From the NCBI RefSeq assembly GCF_006345805.1, contig NC_043000.1, positions 85,374,001 to 85,438,000 of the forward strand: 64,000 nucleotides of DNA, given 5' to 3'. The stretch comes from Octopus sinensis (taxonomy: Eukaryota). Position numbers and translations under genes: made by a program. The stretch's first letter is position 1, and the number at the start of each line of letters is the position of its first letter. The notes beneath the pieces were generated by a model. It worked only from the letters and a program-made list of their open reading frames with translations. It did not search any database and had not been told where the DNA came from. Shown here piece by piece: positions 51,981 through 64,000 of this stretch.

Positions 51981-53143
51981 TTAAGCTCTTCAAATGTGAT
52001 CAAGTACATCAAGTCTACATGTTTGCATCACCAGTGCTATGGTATTCAGTGTCCTGTGTCAGTCATACAGTGTGCACTCCTCTTAGTTATGAATGTTTGT
52101 TGAATACATGCAGGAGCTGTAGCTTTATAATACACAGTCTACAATATATGATATTCAATAGGTTAGATTGTGATGATTCAGTTTTTTGCTAAAATATTAT
52201 CAAAACAATTACAGGAATTATTGTTGACAGATATGGAAACTAAGGTTAAGTTTTAAAAGAAAAGTGTAAAAATTTTTTCCCTCTTTTTTTTACATTCTTT
52301 GAAAATAACACAAACATGTATACACACACACACAGATATATATGTGCATATATGTGTGTGTGGGTGTGTGAGTGTGTGTTGTGTCTGAATGTATGTATGA
52401 ATGTATATATGCCCCTTTCATAATTCTGTTTATCACTAAATTTTTGTATTTTTAACTGGATTAAAATTTTTGTCTACATTGTTTACAATTTGTGTGAGAC
52501 CTTCAGATTTTAGTGCTGTAGGCAATTGTCTGGTTTGTCTACAGTGTGGCTCTTGAGCAGTATGTACAAATAATGTAGTTTACATCAGTGATTCTTAAAC
52601 AAACAACTATTCCACCCACCACAAAAAGAAACATTGGTTTCGGTAACTATTTACCATTCAAAGGCTGGTCTTAAGCCCTTCAGCATTTTTTTTTCCTGTT
52701 TGTAACAATATTTCTGTACAAACAAGGAATTTTCAGATCCTAACAGCCGTGGAACAGATTCCTGTATTGTCCAGACAAATAACTCGAATTTAAGTATCAG
52801 GAAGATTATTGGAAATGCTTTCTGAGGTATTGTCTTGTTTAAAAGCAAAACTATTATACATTGATGTTATATCTCCAATCAGCCATAGTACAGGCCAAGT
52901 TACCTTGATGTATCAGACAGATCCATCACTCCATACTAACTTCAGATATTCCATGTTTTGGGGTTTTTGAGGATTGTACAAATCTGGAATTGATCTATGG
53001 TTATTTAGCTTGAGAAAACCTGTAATCAAAGTTGGGCTAGTTATGATCCTCCCATTTTTCCCCCCAATGCATATCAAATTTAACTCTTTTTAAAGGTAGT
53101 AAGGTTGGCAGATATGGACACTAAAGTTAAGTTTTAAAAGAAA

Positions 53144-55884
53144 CTAGCAACATAGCCCGGAGTTGCCCGGGTATGTAAGAAACTTTGTTGATAAGCAATG
53201 CCCTTTACCCTTTTTTGTACTCATTGAACCGTTATTTTGTAAAATGAAGCCTAAAAGGCATTAAGGCATTCAAGGCACCGTTCCCTTGCATGCATGAAGA
53301 AAATCTATGACAGTCAAAGTGCATTTTCTGGTTTTGTTTAGCACACCCAACCCAGTTCTGCGGGATCAGTGTCGTGACGGGAACGTATGGGTTGGGAGTT
53401 TGACAGGCAGAGGTGATAAGTTTGCACATGCCGGCCCTTTTGACACTGCCCCCCCCCCCCCCGAACCCAAGTTGGGTTCGGACCACAGCTAAGCCCTACC
53501 TAATCCTAATCTAGTAGGCAACAACTAATCCCGATCTAGTCCTTTGAAAGTAGGCATCAAGCCTTCTCTAGAAGAATTTTTGGCACCGAAAGAGGTCATT
53601 TGGAATGAGCAGTTGTACTTTCAAATGATTTCAAGGAATTGTGACGATTCGGGGGTTAAACTCGCTGTGAGATCCTTCAACAGTTGAGGTGGTTCCCATA
53701 GGGGTGGCAGGTCCACTTTGTCACCAGAGCAGCACAAACCAGGTAGCTCTTCGGGCCATTTCTTGGTTTTGCAAAACTGGCATACAATTGTCATTGACCC
53801 TATCTTGATGTCGTCATGCAAGGAGAAATTAATTGTGGCGTTGTAGTTGAATGCTAGTGACAACCAGAAAGCGGGGGTAGGGGTACATACACCATGAATG
53901 ATATCCCGACGTTGGTTGATACTCTCAAGTCAAGTGTGCCATGCCTCAGCAGATTGAGATGTGCATGCGACAGCGGTAGCAGTGGAATTCCTTGAAAGCC
54001 TTTCAGCTCTCACCTCAGCACTCTCTGAAGCAGTGTTAATGACATCTCTGGATATCCGAATAGTTCGTTGGTCTGCAGTTTTGGCAGATCAGGCTATGGC
54101 TGTGTTTGCGGCGTTAGCAGCTTGGCGAGCTCTCCTCTGTTGAGGTGTTTCAGCAGATCAAGCCATGGCTGTGTTTGTGGCGTCTACAGCTTGGTGAGTT
54201 CTCCTCTGCTGTGGGGTTTCGACAGATCGTGTCCTGGCGGTGCTAGCCGGATTCCGAATGGCTCTTTGTTCAGAGTTCTTGTGAGCTCTGCGGATGGAAG
54301 CACAGGAAGAAGCCCGCATGTTTTGGCTGGACTGTTGCTCTTTCGTCAACCTCGAGTGGAGGGAAGATCCGTACGCTGCGGCCCTTGCAAGTCGGGTAGA
54401 CGGTCGCTAGTAGTTTCAGATGCCTGAGCAGCAGCAGAACGGGAAGCTTTTTGCGAGAGGCGCAAGGCGGTTTCCTCGTGGATCTCGCATACCCTTCTAG
54501 CCCTAGCAGCTGATGCCTTGGCAAAGGTGTAATAAAAAGGAACATGTGGGGTAAGTATCCCAAAATGTATAAAAATGTACAAAAATGGAAAAAAAGCGGG
54601 CAGCAATATGAGTGACAACAACGAAAAAGCAAAAAATGACCAAACTGAACAAACGAATGGAAAAGGTTTTTTGGTGCACACGACAAAAGCGGCTTATAAT
54701 AAACCAAGAGTTTGCAAGTACCTTAGGGTACATCAAAAATTTAAGGTAAAACGTTTGGGGTGGTAGTTATAAAGAAAGTTTAAACAAAAAAAGTATTCGC
54801 GGCTGCAGCAGCGATTAGCAGAAGTAGGCCAACTTGTGAAGCGAGCGGGTGTGAACCGAGAGAAGTGGGAGTCACAAACTATACGCGCACAACTGAGTGT
54901 GTCAGTGCATGTGATTGGCCAAAGGGTGTTTAATTGAGAGCATTGTTCACCATTTGGGGAACCAATGTGAAGAGCTGCAATCATCGTGTCAAGGACATGC
55001 ACGCACACAACCACAAACGCATCTACAGCCCAACATTGCTCGGATTTGAAGCAAAAGGAAAACATATGCCATTTCTAGTAACCTTTATGATAAAAGTGGC
55101 AAAAATCAACTAAATCGCCTGAAATCTGCCAACTATTTAACAAAAGTCAGTTTTATAGGTTCACATGGTCGGTCTCAAAGTGATATGGTTTTGTCGATTT
55201 CTCCCAATACTTGTTAACTGCATTGACAAAAGGTCGTTAGTTTGACATTTAATGCAAACTTGATGTCCAACATCGGTGTAGGGAAAATCTATGTGAACTT
55301 TAAAAAAATATCGCAGAAAAATCGGTTTGCTATGTGTGCCACATATAATGTAAGTATCCGATTTTTTTCCAGTAATAACATATCCGATTGGAATCAAAAG
55401 GGCCATATAGCTCCTTGGAGCAGACACGATGCTTGCTGTGAATTTCAAAAAAATTCCTGCCAATTTGTTAAAGATATTGTCGAAAATATGTCATCTTGAA
55501 TTTGAACGCGATTTCCCAAAATGGCATGATTTTATCGATTTTTTCTGATGGTAAAGTATTGCATGGAAGACTAACATCAGAATTAAGTTCCTTAGGGTAA
55601 CATTAAGCTTCACCATGAGTTTGGTGAAAATCGATTGCAAGTTGCGAAAACTACAACGGAAAATGTGTTGCATATGATAAGCTTAGATTCTCAACCCCAT
55701 GTCGAATTTATCGATTTTTTTCAGAACTAAGGGAACTTTTCAAAATTTTTGCTGCGTTAGTTTTGAATTATGACATTGGGCTATGTGTGTGTCAAGTTTC
55801 ATCAGAATCGGTTGAAAGCCGTGGTCAGGGTGAGGGTACAACCTGACAGACAGACAGACAGACTGCTTTTTATATATATAGAGA
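53144..55884 (-). mobile_element. Helitron, internally deleted (2741 bp), exact termini
   Basis: Minus strand: A|TCTCTATATATATAAAAAGCAG(TCTG)n 5' end; 3' end has a CCCGG/CCGGG hairpin (53156-53171) 8 nt before CTAG|T; no TSD. Confidence 0.9.
53541..54349 (-). pseudogene. remnant of the Helitron RepHel N-terminus
   Basis: RS.ETPQQRR repeats, then AFNYN...IGSMTIVCQFC...GLCCSGDKVDLPPL.EPP...KYNCSFQMTSFGA...MPTFK, typical of RepHel N-termini. Stops present; Rep and helicase core missing. Confidence 0.85.
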
Positions 55885-56337
55885 TGCGTAAGATTTTTTT
55901 CCCCCTTTTTTTACATTCTTTTTTACACACGCACACACACAGATATATATGGGTGTGTGAGTGTGTGTTGTGTATGAATGTATATATGCCCCTTTCATAA
56001 TTCTGTTTATCATTTAAATGAGATTTGCCTGCTATTTCTACCAAGTTAAGCACAACCACATAGTTTTTTTAATTTATTTTCTAATTGTAAATCACCTTAT
56101 ATAGTTTACCAAATATGTTGTAGAATCTTCTATTGTTCATCAAACAGGAATAACTACCTATTCCATCTCTTCTTAGATATACTGTTATAGAATTACTTTC
56201 TGCAATAGATATGTATTTTGGGGGCAGGGATTTCTTCATGTTCAGTTAATCCTATATGTGTGTGTGTGTGTGTAATGTATGCATGTTTCTATGTATGATT
56301 GCATGCATGCTTGTGTGTGTGCATGTACATTTGTTTG

Positions 56338-56481
56338 CAGGGACGGACTGAGAGTATTAAGGGCCCTCAGGCATAACTGTTCACCAGGCTCCTTAGCATT
56401 GATATGAAAGAGAGTTAACATGTAGAGTGTGGGCCCCTCAGAGTTCCGGGCCCAATTGACTGATGGCTCAGTCTACCCCTG
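56338..56481. mobile_element. small GC-rich MITE, possibly hAT
   Basis: Imperfect TIRs CAGGGACGGACTGAG / CTCAGTCTACCCCTG. Flanks TTTGTTTG / TTTGTACG partly match as an 8-bp TSD. Confidence 0.5.
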
Positions 56482-56897
56482 TTTGTACGTATGAATGGAT
56501 TGATACTTGCATGTATGTGTGTGTATGTGTGCATGTATATACATACATTCCTGTATGCATGTACATGTATACATTCATTTATATGTGTGAATGTGAACAA
56601 GTATGTGAGAATGGCTGAATGATTACTTATTTTTGATAAGTATTTTACTATATCTTCGTGTTGACCGGAGTGTTGTGAATTAATTCAGGTGGATGGATAT
56701 GTATAAAGTCCATCAGATGGGTTGTGCCTGAATTCAAAGGTACAGTCTTGTCTCACACTCACAGTCATACTAGTTCTCCTTGAGAATTATATTAAGAGTA
56801 TATATGTCAGTGGAATACTCAGCCACTTACATGCTAATTCAATGTGCAGATAATTTAGCGGATTGAAGAACTGAAAATTCATCACCAAAGCATATAT

Positions 56898-57330
56898 AGG
56901 CACAGGCGTGGTTGTGTGGTGAGAAACTTGCTTCCCAACCATATGGTTCCAAGTTCGGTTCCACTGCAGGCACCTTGGTCAAATGTCTTCTACTATAGTC
57001 CTGAGCTGAACAAAGCCTTGTGAGTGGATTTTGGCAATGGTGGCTAAAAGAAGCCCATCATATGTATGTGTGTGTGTGTGTATGTTAATGGGTGTGTGTA
57101 TGTGTTTGTCTTTGTGTCTGTGTCTTCCCCACCACCGCTAGACAACCAGTGTTGGTGTCTTTACATCCCTGTAACTTAGCAGTTTGCAATAGAAACTGAT
57201 AGAATAAGTACCAGGCTTAATTAAACATAAGCACAAGGGTCAATTCATTCGACTAAAAATTCTTCAAGGTGGTGCCCCAGCATGTCCGTAGTCTAATGAC
57301 TGAAGCAAGTAAAAAATAATAGATAAAAAG
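56898..57330 (+). mobile_element. CORE-type SINE, same family as 42189-42592
   Basis: Same head, CORE, microsatellite and tail modules. Confidence 0.75.
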
Positions 57331-57849
57331 AAAACCAACAAAGGTCTATTTGTGAGAGTGAGCATCCATGTCGAGCAATTTGTTTAATTTCCTAATTTTC
57401 GTAATCTGCCATCTACTTACATCCTATTGTCATTGTTCGTTTGTTAGAATTTATTAATTCCAGTGTGTATTTATGTTGAAGTTCATACTTCAACCCTTAA
57501 ACACATTTAATCTTTCCTTAACGGCAGATTCTCCCAAACAGAATGTAATCTAAAAAACACAAAAACTTCCCAAAACAGTATAACTTATTTTGCCAAGAGG
57601 AAAAATAGTCCAATATTTTGGACAGAACCCTTTGTCAGAGATGCAAGGGATAAGAGAGGACTTTCCCTCCTCATAGTTTGTAGGTGCACAAAATTTTCCC
57701 TTGCTCATTATACCTGTTAATTTTGACAAGGGTGCCAAAACTATCTTTGCTCCAAGGCGTAAAAACAATTTTTAACAAGTTGTCAATTCTTGTTACTCAG
57801 AAATCTTTTTGAAAACTAAGTGTATTTCTACAGAGTTACATTTCATAAA

Positions 57850-58054
57850 CAGTAATCCCTTGCCATATCACTGTTTAATATTTAAGCTTACGACGATTCC
57901 TTTGTGTTGTTGTTTTGCATTTATAATAAAATAAATATATACAAATTATAAAAATAAGTATATGGTACAGTACAGTTTCTACTTTGCGGATTTTCACCTA
58001 TCGCAGTGAGGTGGTTGTGGGAATGTAACACCAGCGATAGTCGAGGGATTACTG
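57850..58054. mobile_element. Tigger/pogo-like MITE
   Basis: TIRs CAGTAATCCCT... / ...AGGGATTACTG|TA. Confidence 0.7.
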
Positions 58055-60369
58055 TACGAACATGTGTATGAAAACAAGGCAATCGAAAATAGAAAAATAG
58101 GTAATTGGCGTATATGCATATTTCAGGAATTATTGCTCCTTCTTCAGCACCACATCCACCCCATTATCTATCCATGAATACATTGGTTAAATAGCCACTA
58201 AGTTTAGCGGTGCAACATATTTAAAAAAAGAGCAACATATACATTGCTATTACGATGTAGGAAACAGTAGTGACTTATAAACCTTTAACATACTTGATAG
58301 TATAATATGGATCCAAAACGAAATGCGATGTCCCTACCAGCAATAAATTCTTTTATTTTGTACATAAAGTAAAATAAACCATAAAAGCCTGATTTTGAAA
58401 AACGCCAGTTTATATAAACCTTGCTTCTTTTAATCTAGCAATTTATTACAAATGAATATTGCAAATTTATTTATATATCTTATTAACAACTGATATTGAC
58501 TTCAAAATGTTAGATACTTCTATTTACCATATTTTTTTAAAGCTGATACATAGAATAAAATAAACTAAAATAAGGTATTAAATATTGAAAACGCCAGTTA
58601 CTTAAAGTTGCGGAGCAGCTTTTGTTACTTGGCTTTAAATTACAATTCCCAAGATTCCTTGCACTATGTAACCACTGCGCATGTCAGTTAAAGTACGCCA
58701 TGTTGGTTACCAAATTCAAACCTAACTCATTGCTTCATGAATCCCCGTTCGCTTCATTTGTCGTGAATGGGTTATTTTATTTCAAAATGTTCATTTTACT
58801 ACCAATACATTTTAATTCGATCAGTCGTTAGCTCGAGAGTTTCAAAACAGTGAAATAAGAGGGACTACAAAATTATTGAGGATCTATTGCTGTTCATCTT
58901 TTCCCAGATTTCCCACCGATCTTTTATAATACCGTTTTATTTTTGGCGGTGTTCAAAGAGGATCTAACAATTATGTCCACATATTTATATCAGTTAGTTG
59001 CTGATTTTATAGTTTTTAAATTAATTGATTCCTTTGCAAAGTCAGCTATTCATGACGCTACGTAAGTTCTATTTAAAGTATTTTTTTTGCTTTGTTTTGT
59101 GTTCATTTGGTTGTAAGCTTTCATGAATTCTGCTGAAGGTTTTAAATATTTTGATCTGTCCTGTCTTTTGTCAGTTTGGCATTCCGACAGAGCAATTTCC
59201 TTAGGGTCGTCCCCTTCTTTTTCCCTATTGTTAGAATGTCCTCTATAAATACTGTTGTAGTAATAAGTGTTTAAGAACACGTGTTCTTTTGAAGTCATTC
59301 TTCCTAAGTTCTTGAAATTTAATAGCGATTCCAATTTTTTTTGTCCCATTTCCTTGTGGTTCCTGGAAGCCTCTTAAATAATTGTAAATATGTAAAATTG
59401 TGTGCTTTTCATCAGATTCTAGAGTGTCAGTGAAGAGTCCCTTAACGTTACTTCCTGCAATATTTTCCGTTTTCTCTCTGTCTCCCCTCTGACACTTTTA
59501 CATATCTTATAACATAAGAACAGATTATTGATTTATGATTTAAACCGATACAAATCATGGCTAGAGGAACATCGCTAAAAAAAAAATAACTCGTTCTCAC
59601 AGCATGCACCAGTGTATGTAAATAACAAACTACCTTAATGATGGTAGTTTACGCCGCTAAGGTTTAGGGTTACACAAGTTATTTCCTCTAAGGCTTTAAT
59701 GATAAATAGTTGCTTTGACTTAAAGAGTTCATTAACCGAGTTCTTAAAATATTTTCAGTGATTATACTAAAACATATCTGTTCTGAAATTCTAGCAATTT
59801 TTTTAAAAAATAAGCCCTCATTTGCAGATTTTGCAACCGGAATATTTTAAATAGAAATATTCTGTCAGATATTTTATGCCAAACGTTAAAAATTAAAGAA
59901 GATATCGCAGTAAAATCACTAAGACACCTAGAAACTGAAAGAATTCATGAATGTTTTTAGCATTGATTAGTTTGTATATATTTGACCCAATGTTAAATGT
60001 TCCTGTATGTACACCACACCCTTGTGTATTGAAACAACAGATTGTACTTATTATTATTACACCTTTTCTATAATTTTGCTGATAATAGTTCGATAATCGC
60101 CACCACATTCCATCAATAATAATAGGTATGTTTTGTAAATCAATTTTATGTGTGATTTCCAGCAATGTTACGATAAAAGATTAACGAAGAACCTGTAGTT
60201 CCTCTTTCCTCAAATCAGTGGATAACAACCTTTTTTTTTGTTATTCATTACTATTTTGTGTGTTATTTTTTTGTTTCGGACAAATAAAAATGTTTACATA
60301 ATCAAGCAAAATATTTGGTTTAAAACTTTTCATTTATTGCATGTGTATTGGGGTTTTGTTTTTGTTTTA

Positions 60370-61060
60370 CAAAATAGAATGTAATTGAGGTCGATTTAAT
60401 CGAGTGTGCCCATCCTCCAGAATTTGTGATGAGAAAACTTAGAAGGAAGGTAACCTTTGCTAATCTTCGAAGACTGTTTTCGTAGAATTTCTGTAGGAAA
60501 AAAAAATGAAGAAAAGACAGGAATGAATTTTAGGAGGACGTATCTCTGTAGAGGATTGATTGGGAGAAAGGTTTATTACGTGTCTTATAAAGAGGTATAC
60601 AGCAAGTGAGGCCTAGATGGGAGTTAACACGGCCGGTGTAATAGCGATTGAAAGAGACAAAACTGTAGAGTAGCATCGGCCAAAAATACTTTATGGGATC
60701 AAGGTTCTTTCATTTAAAATTATTATGGTCAGTTCATCGATTAGTTTAGAAGCAGTTTCTGAATTTAATCGATTCCTGGAAAGTCTTCGTCGACAACTAA
60801 GTATTTTCTAAGGAAATTTTGACTTTGTCCTTTGATCAAGGTATGAAGATTTTTATGAGAACAAAATATCTAGATCCAGCGGAACCATAGTTTGAATGGA
60901 TTACAAATTGCTTTGTCAAAACTTATTCGATGCACAACCCCACAAAGCTAAGCTTTCTCCAGACGTTTCTCATCTCAAGCCAATTGAAAATATTCGGTCA
61001 CTTCCGCTTGAATTGAACTTGGGACAGCATCAACTAAAAGTTGGTAGTGTTCCCATTGTG
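60370..61060 (-). mobile_element. degenerate CR1/L2-group LINE 3' end
   Basis: Fragments ID*IQK, FNRYYTGR and terminal ATTAAATCGACCTC like 32345-32740. A similar relic may lie at ~15000-15300 (+). Confidence 0.4.
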
Positions 61061-61275
61061 TTCACTTGATATAAATAACGTCTGGCGAAATAAAAATTAA
61101 AAATATCTAGTATATACCTCATTCAAACAAAATAATGCAATGCTTTCACTTTTGGGGCGCTATTTTATACTTATACAATGGGCATTTTTATCGAATAGAG
61201 TCGGAAATTATGTACTTTGTTCATAACTAGTTCTTAGGTTATGTGTTTTAAGCAGTTTACGAATCTCTCTCTCTC

Positions 61276-61306
<31 letters not shown>

Positions 61307-61677
61307 TCGTCTTGAGTTGCTTTCAGTTTTGACTTGCGAAAACTTTTTCAGATGTGTCTTAGGCATGCTAGATTATAATTCTTCAAAATATATGCAACAC
61401 TCTTAAAAACATATATGGAGGAGGAAAAAAATCGAAAGGTAATAAAAGGATAAGGATCTTTTGACACATTCTACCAGTATACAAAGTTTCAAATTGTTTA
61501 GTTAACTAGAAAATTCCGTCCATCAAAAGGAAAAGATCCAAGGATAATAAAAAGTTACAGAAAAGAAAAAGAAGAGCAGTTCCCGTAAAACATACACATC
61601 TGGAGGATTTTTTTGGGGGCTTTATTGATGATTTTAGACACTGTCCTGTTGGCACGATATATATATATATATATATA

Positions 61678-62027
61678 TTACTTGTTTCAGTCATTTAACT
61701 GCAGACATGCTGGAGCACCGCCTTCAGTCGAACAAATCGACCCCAGGACTTATTCCTTGTAAACCTAGTACTTTATCGGTAACTTTTGTCGAACCGCTAA
61801 GTTACGGGGACGTAAATACAACATCGGTTGTCAAGCGATGGTGGTGGTGGGCGGAAGAGATACACATACATATATATAATATATACTACTGACTTCTTTC
61901 AATTTCTGTCAATTGAATCCACTCACAGGCTTTGGTCGACCTCAGGCTACAGTAAGACATTTGCCCAAGGTGCCACGCAGTAGGACTGAACCCCAAGCTT
62001 CTTTACCATACAGCCATACCTGCGCCT
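61678..62027 (-). mobile_element. CORE-type SINE, same family
   Basis: Same modules with a small internal deletion in the head. Confidence 0.75.
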
Positions 62028-63429
62028 ATATATATAAACTAAGAGAAAAAATAACTCGGCGCTATGTATAAAAACAACATAGACAAATATCAATCAGAAT
62101 ATATCAAAAACTATGCTACATAAATTCTTGATTTTCTGTAATTATTTCCGCCTCTAAGGAATCTTTCGCAATTACCAAATGGCAACTGAGATCAGCTCCG
62201 TATGAGGAAGGGAGACAATTTCAAGACTTCACCAAAACATACTTTTGGACACATGTTCCTGCCTTAATAAGCGCTACCAACAAGGATGGCATTTGTCTTA
62301 CCTTACTTCCAATAGCTAAAGAACTTAGACTTATATAAGAGGGGTAGAACACATTTATGACTCAAGTAATTTGCATAATTTAATTTTAAAAAATGTGCTA
62401 AGAGAAATAACTCAGTGGCTATTGGCATGTTTATGAACAACATAAACAAATACAGGTATATTTATTACCATACGATATAAATTCTTGATTTATTAAAATT
62501 ATCTCCACCTCAAGGGAATGTGGTCTGGTTACATAAAATAGAATGTTTGTCCGTGTTCAGTGTACATAAGCTATGGTCAAAGTTCCAAATAGTTTTGAGT
62601 TTCCTTGGTTTGTTTGTAGTTATTTAACGTTAATAGAACTACATTTACAGTTTGAAGTATTATGATACCATGAACTCTATGTGTATGTGCCACACGCACG
62701 CACATACATATATTGTACTGTTCATTTTGTTGATGGGATCAGCAAAAACATACTTAGTTTAGTGAGAGATAAATATCATTTAATGAATTCAGGAGTTATG
62801 TGTGAGCTATCTAAAGTTTCATGCTCAGATAGGGCAGTAACAAGACTGGCTTGTATGGCATTGTAGTGTGTAGCCATTTTTAAATAATAGCGCCAATTTG
62901 TGGTAGCTGGCAATATGATGTAATGTCGTATTGCCGAAGAAATATGATTGTCGTTTTTCCTTTGGTTAATATAACTGCTGATATAGGAATTCTAAGAATT
63001 AGTTAAAGAATATTTGTATGTGATTTCGATTCTTTAAAGTCAAGTTGAGCAGTTATAAAAACCCTGGATTTTGGGGAAAACTTCAGTGTTTGTTGGATGT
63101 AACTAAACTCCACGACACTCACTCCTTTGAGACATTGGTTATTTTTTATGTCATGTCCAAGAAAAGTCCAACAGCATGAACATTTGATGGATTGTCCAAT
63201 TGCTGCACTACTTGAGCATGAAACTTGACGTAGCTCATGTATAGCCTCTGTATTCATTCATTTTATATATATAAAATCATCACAATTGTCCGAATGGGAA
63301 CATGAAACTGAGCGACAGTTTTGTGATAATTTTGCAGCTTTACTAAAAGCATATTACTCTACCTTTGGTATTCGAGTACTATTTTTTCCACCTTGTTTTG
63401 CACTCATGCTCACCTGCGTGTGTGTGAAT

Positions 63430-63492
63430 GTATATAATATATATATATCATCGTCGTTTAACGTCCACCTTCCATGCTAGCATGGGTGGGAC
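63430..63492 (-). mobile_element. very short RTE/SINE 3'-tail insertion in (TA)n
   Basis: TCATCGTCGTTTAACGTCCACCTTCCATGCTAGCATGGGT flanked by TA repeats. Confidence 0.7.
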
Positions 63493-64000
63493 TATATGCA
63501 TATATATATATATATATATATATAGGCCTGGTGTGTCTCGGCACAAGTTACTGTTGTATATGAGTAAGATATATATTTTAACATACCTATTTCACCCCTA
63601 GAAATGCATTCATATCTTATAAAAGATTAATATTATCTTGTATCTTAAAATCTGTGCGGAACTACTAATTTTTATTTTAGTTCTAGATCAGGGTAGCTGT
63701 TGTCCATTTTATATTCTATATATAGGAAGCATAATTAATAACACATGACATGCCTAACGTTTCTTATTTCATATATTAATTAATGGTGAGACATGCCTAA
63801 CTTTTAAACGCTTGGAGTATAGAATTAAAGAATTGAAAAAGATGCAGTTGCATGTTTTGTAATTTTAACTGCTACTAAGATGTATTGAGCAAATTTTAAT
63901 TAACTCCTATATAAGAAAATATTTTTAGCCTTGTTCTAAAACCGTTCGTAAGTTGAGCAAGTCTAGAACTACTTATACAGAAGTTTTGTTGAGTAGTGCT

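Noticed and set aside
54068-55065. Several 100-145-aa ORFs in a GC-rich patch
   Set aside because: Alternative frames of the decayed Helitron ORF and its 5' region.
57580-57712. Exon-like YNEQGKILCTYKL segment on the minus strand
   Set aside because: In-frame stops in that frame, no convincing donor and no recognisable family.
59655-59675. TTAGGG telomere-like motif
   Set aside because: Single unit only; expected by chance.
62803-63240. 24-bp inverted similarity GAGCTA...AAGTTTCATGCTCA
   Set aside because: Short, imperfect, ~400 bp apart, and no TSD or terminal structure to define an element.

Overview
AT-rich animal genomic DNA. The SINE/LINE families and microsatellites look cephalopod, most likely Octopus (inference). 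There is one clear protein-coding region: an uninterrupted 613-codon minus-strand CDS (10489-12330). It encodes three Egalitarian-type winged-helix (LOTUS-like) repeats, a cold-shock/OB-like domain where Egalitarian has its exonuclease, and a C-terminal LC8-type xxQT motif. Candidate 5'UTR exons and a promoter lie at about 28.3-30.8 kb in a CpG-retaining island. The rest is intron/intergenic DNA dense in mobile elements: three RTE LINE copies with a PHD finger inside the RT, a full-length and a deleted mariner, a Tc1 fragment, a Helitron with exact ends, a Helentron-type HINE, an R4/Dong LINE fragment, a solo LTR, CR1/L2 relics, several MITEs and many tRNA-derived SINEs. Two local templated rearrangements are also visible: a 48-bp copy of the putative first exon inside a SINE 13 kb away, and an interleaved X-Y-X'-Y' inverted duplication at 39.2-39.9 kb. 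All family assignments come from motif recognition by eye; no database search was run.
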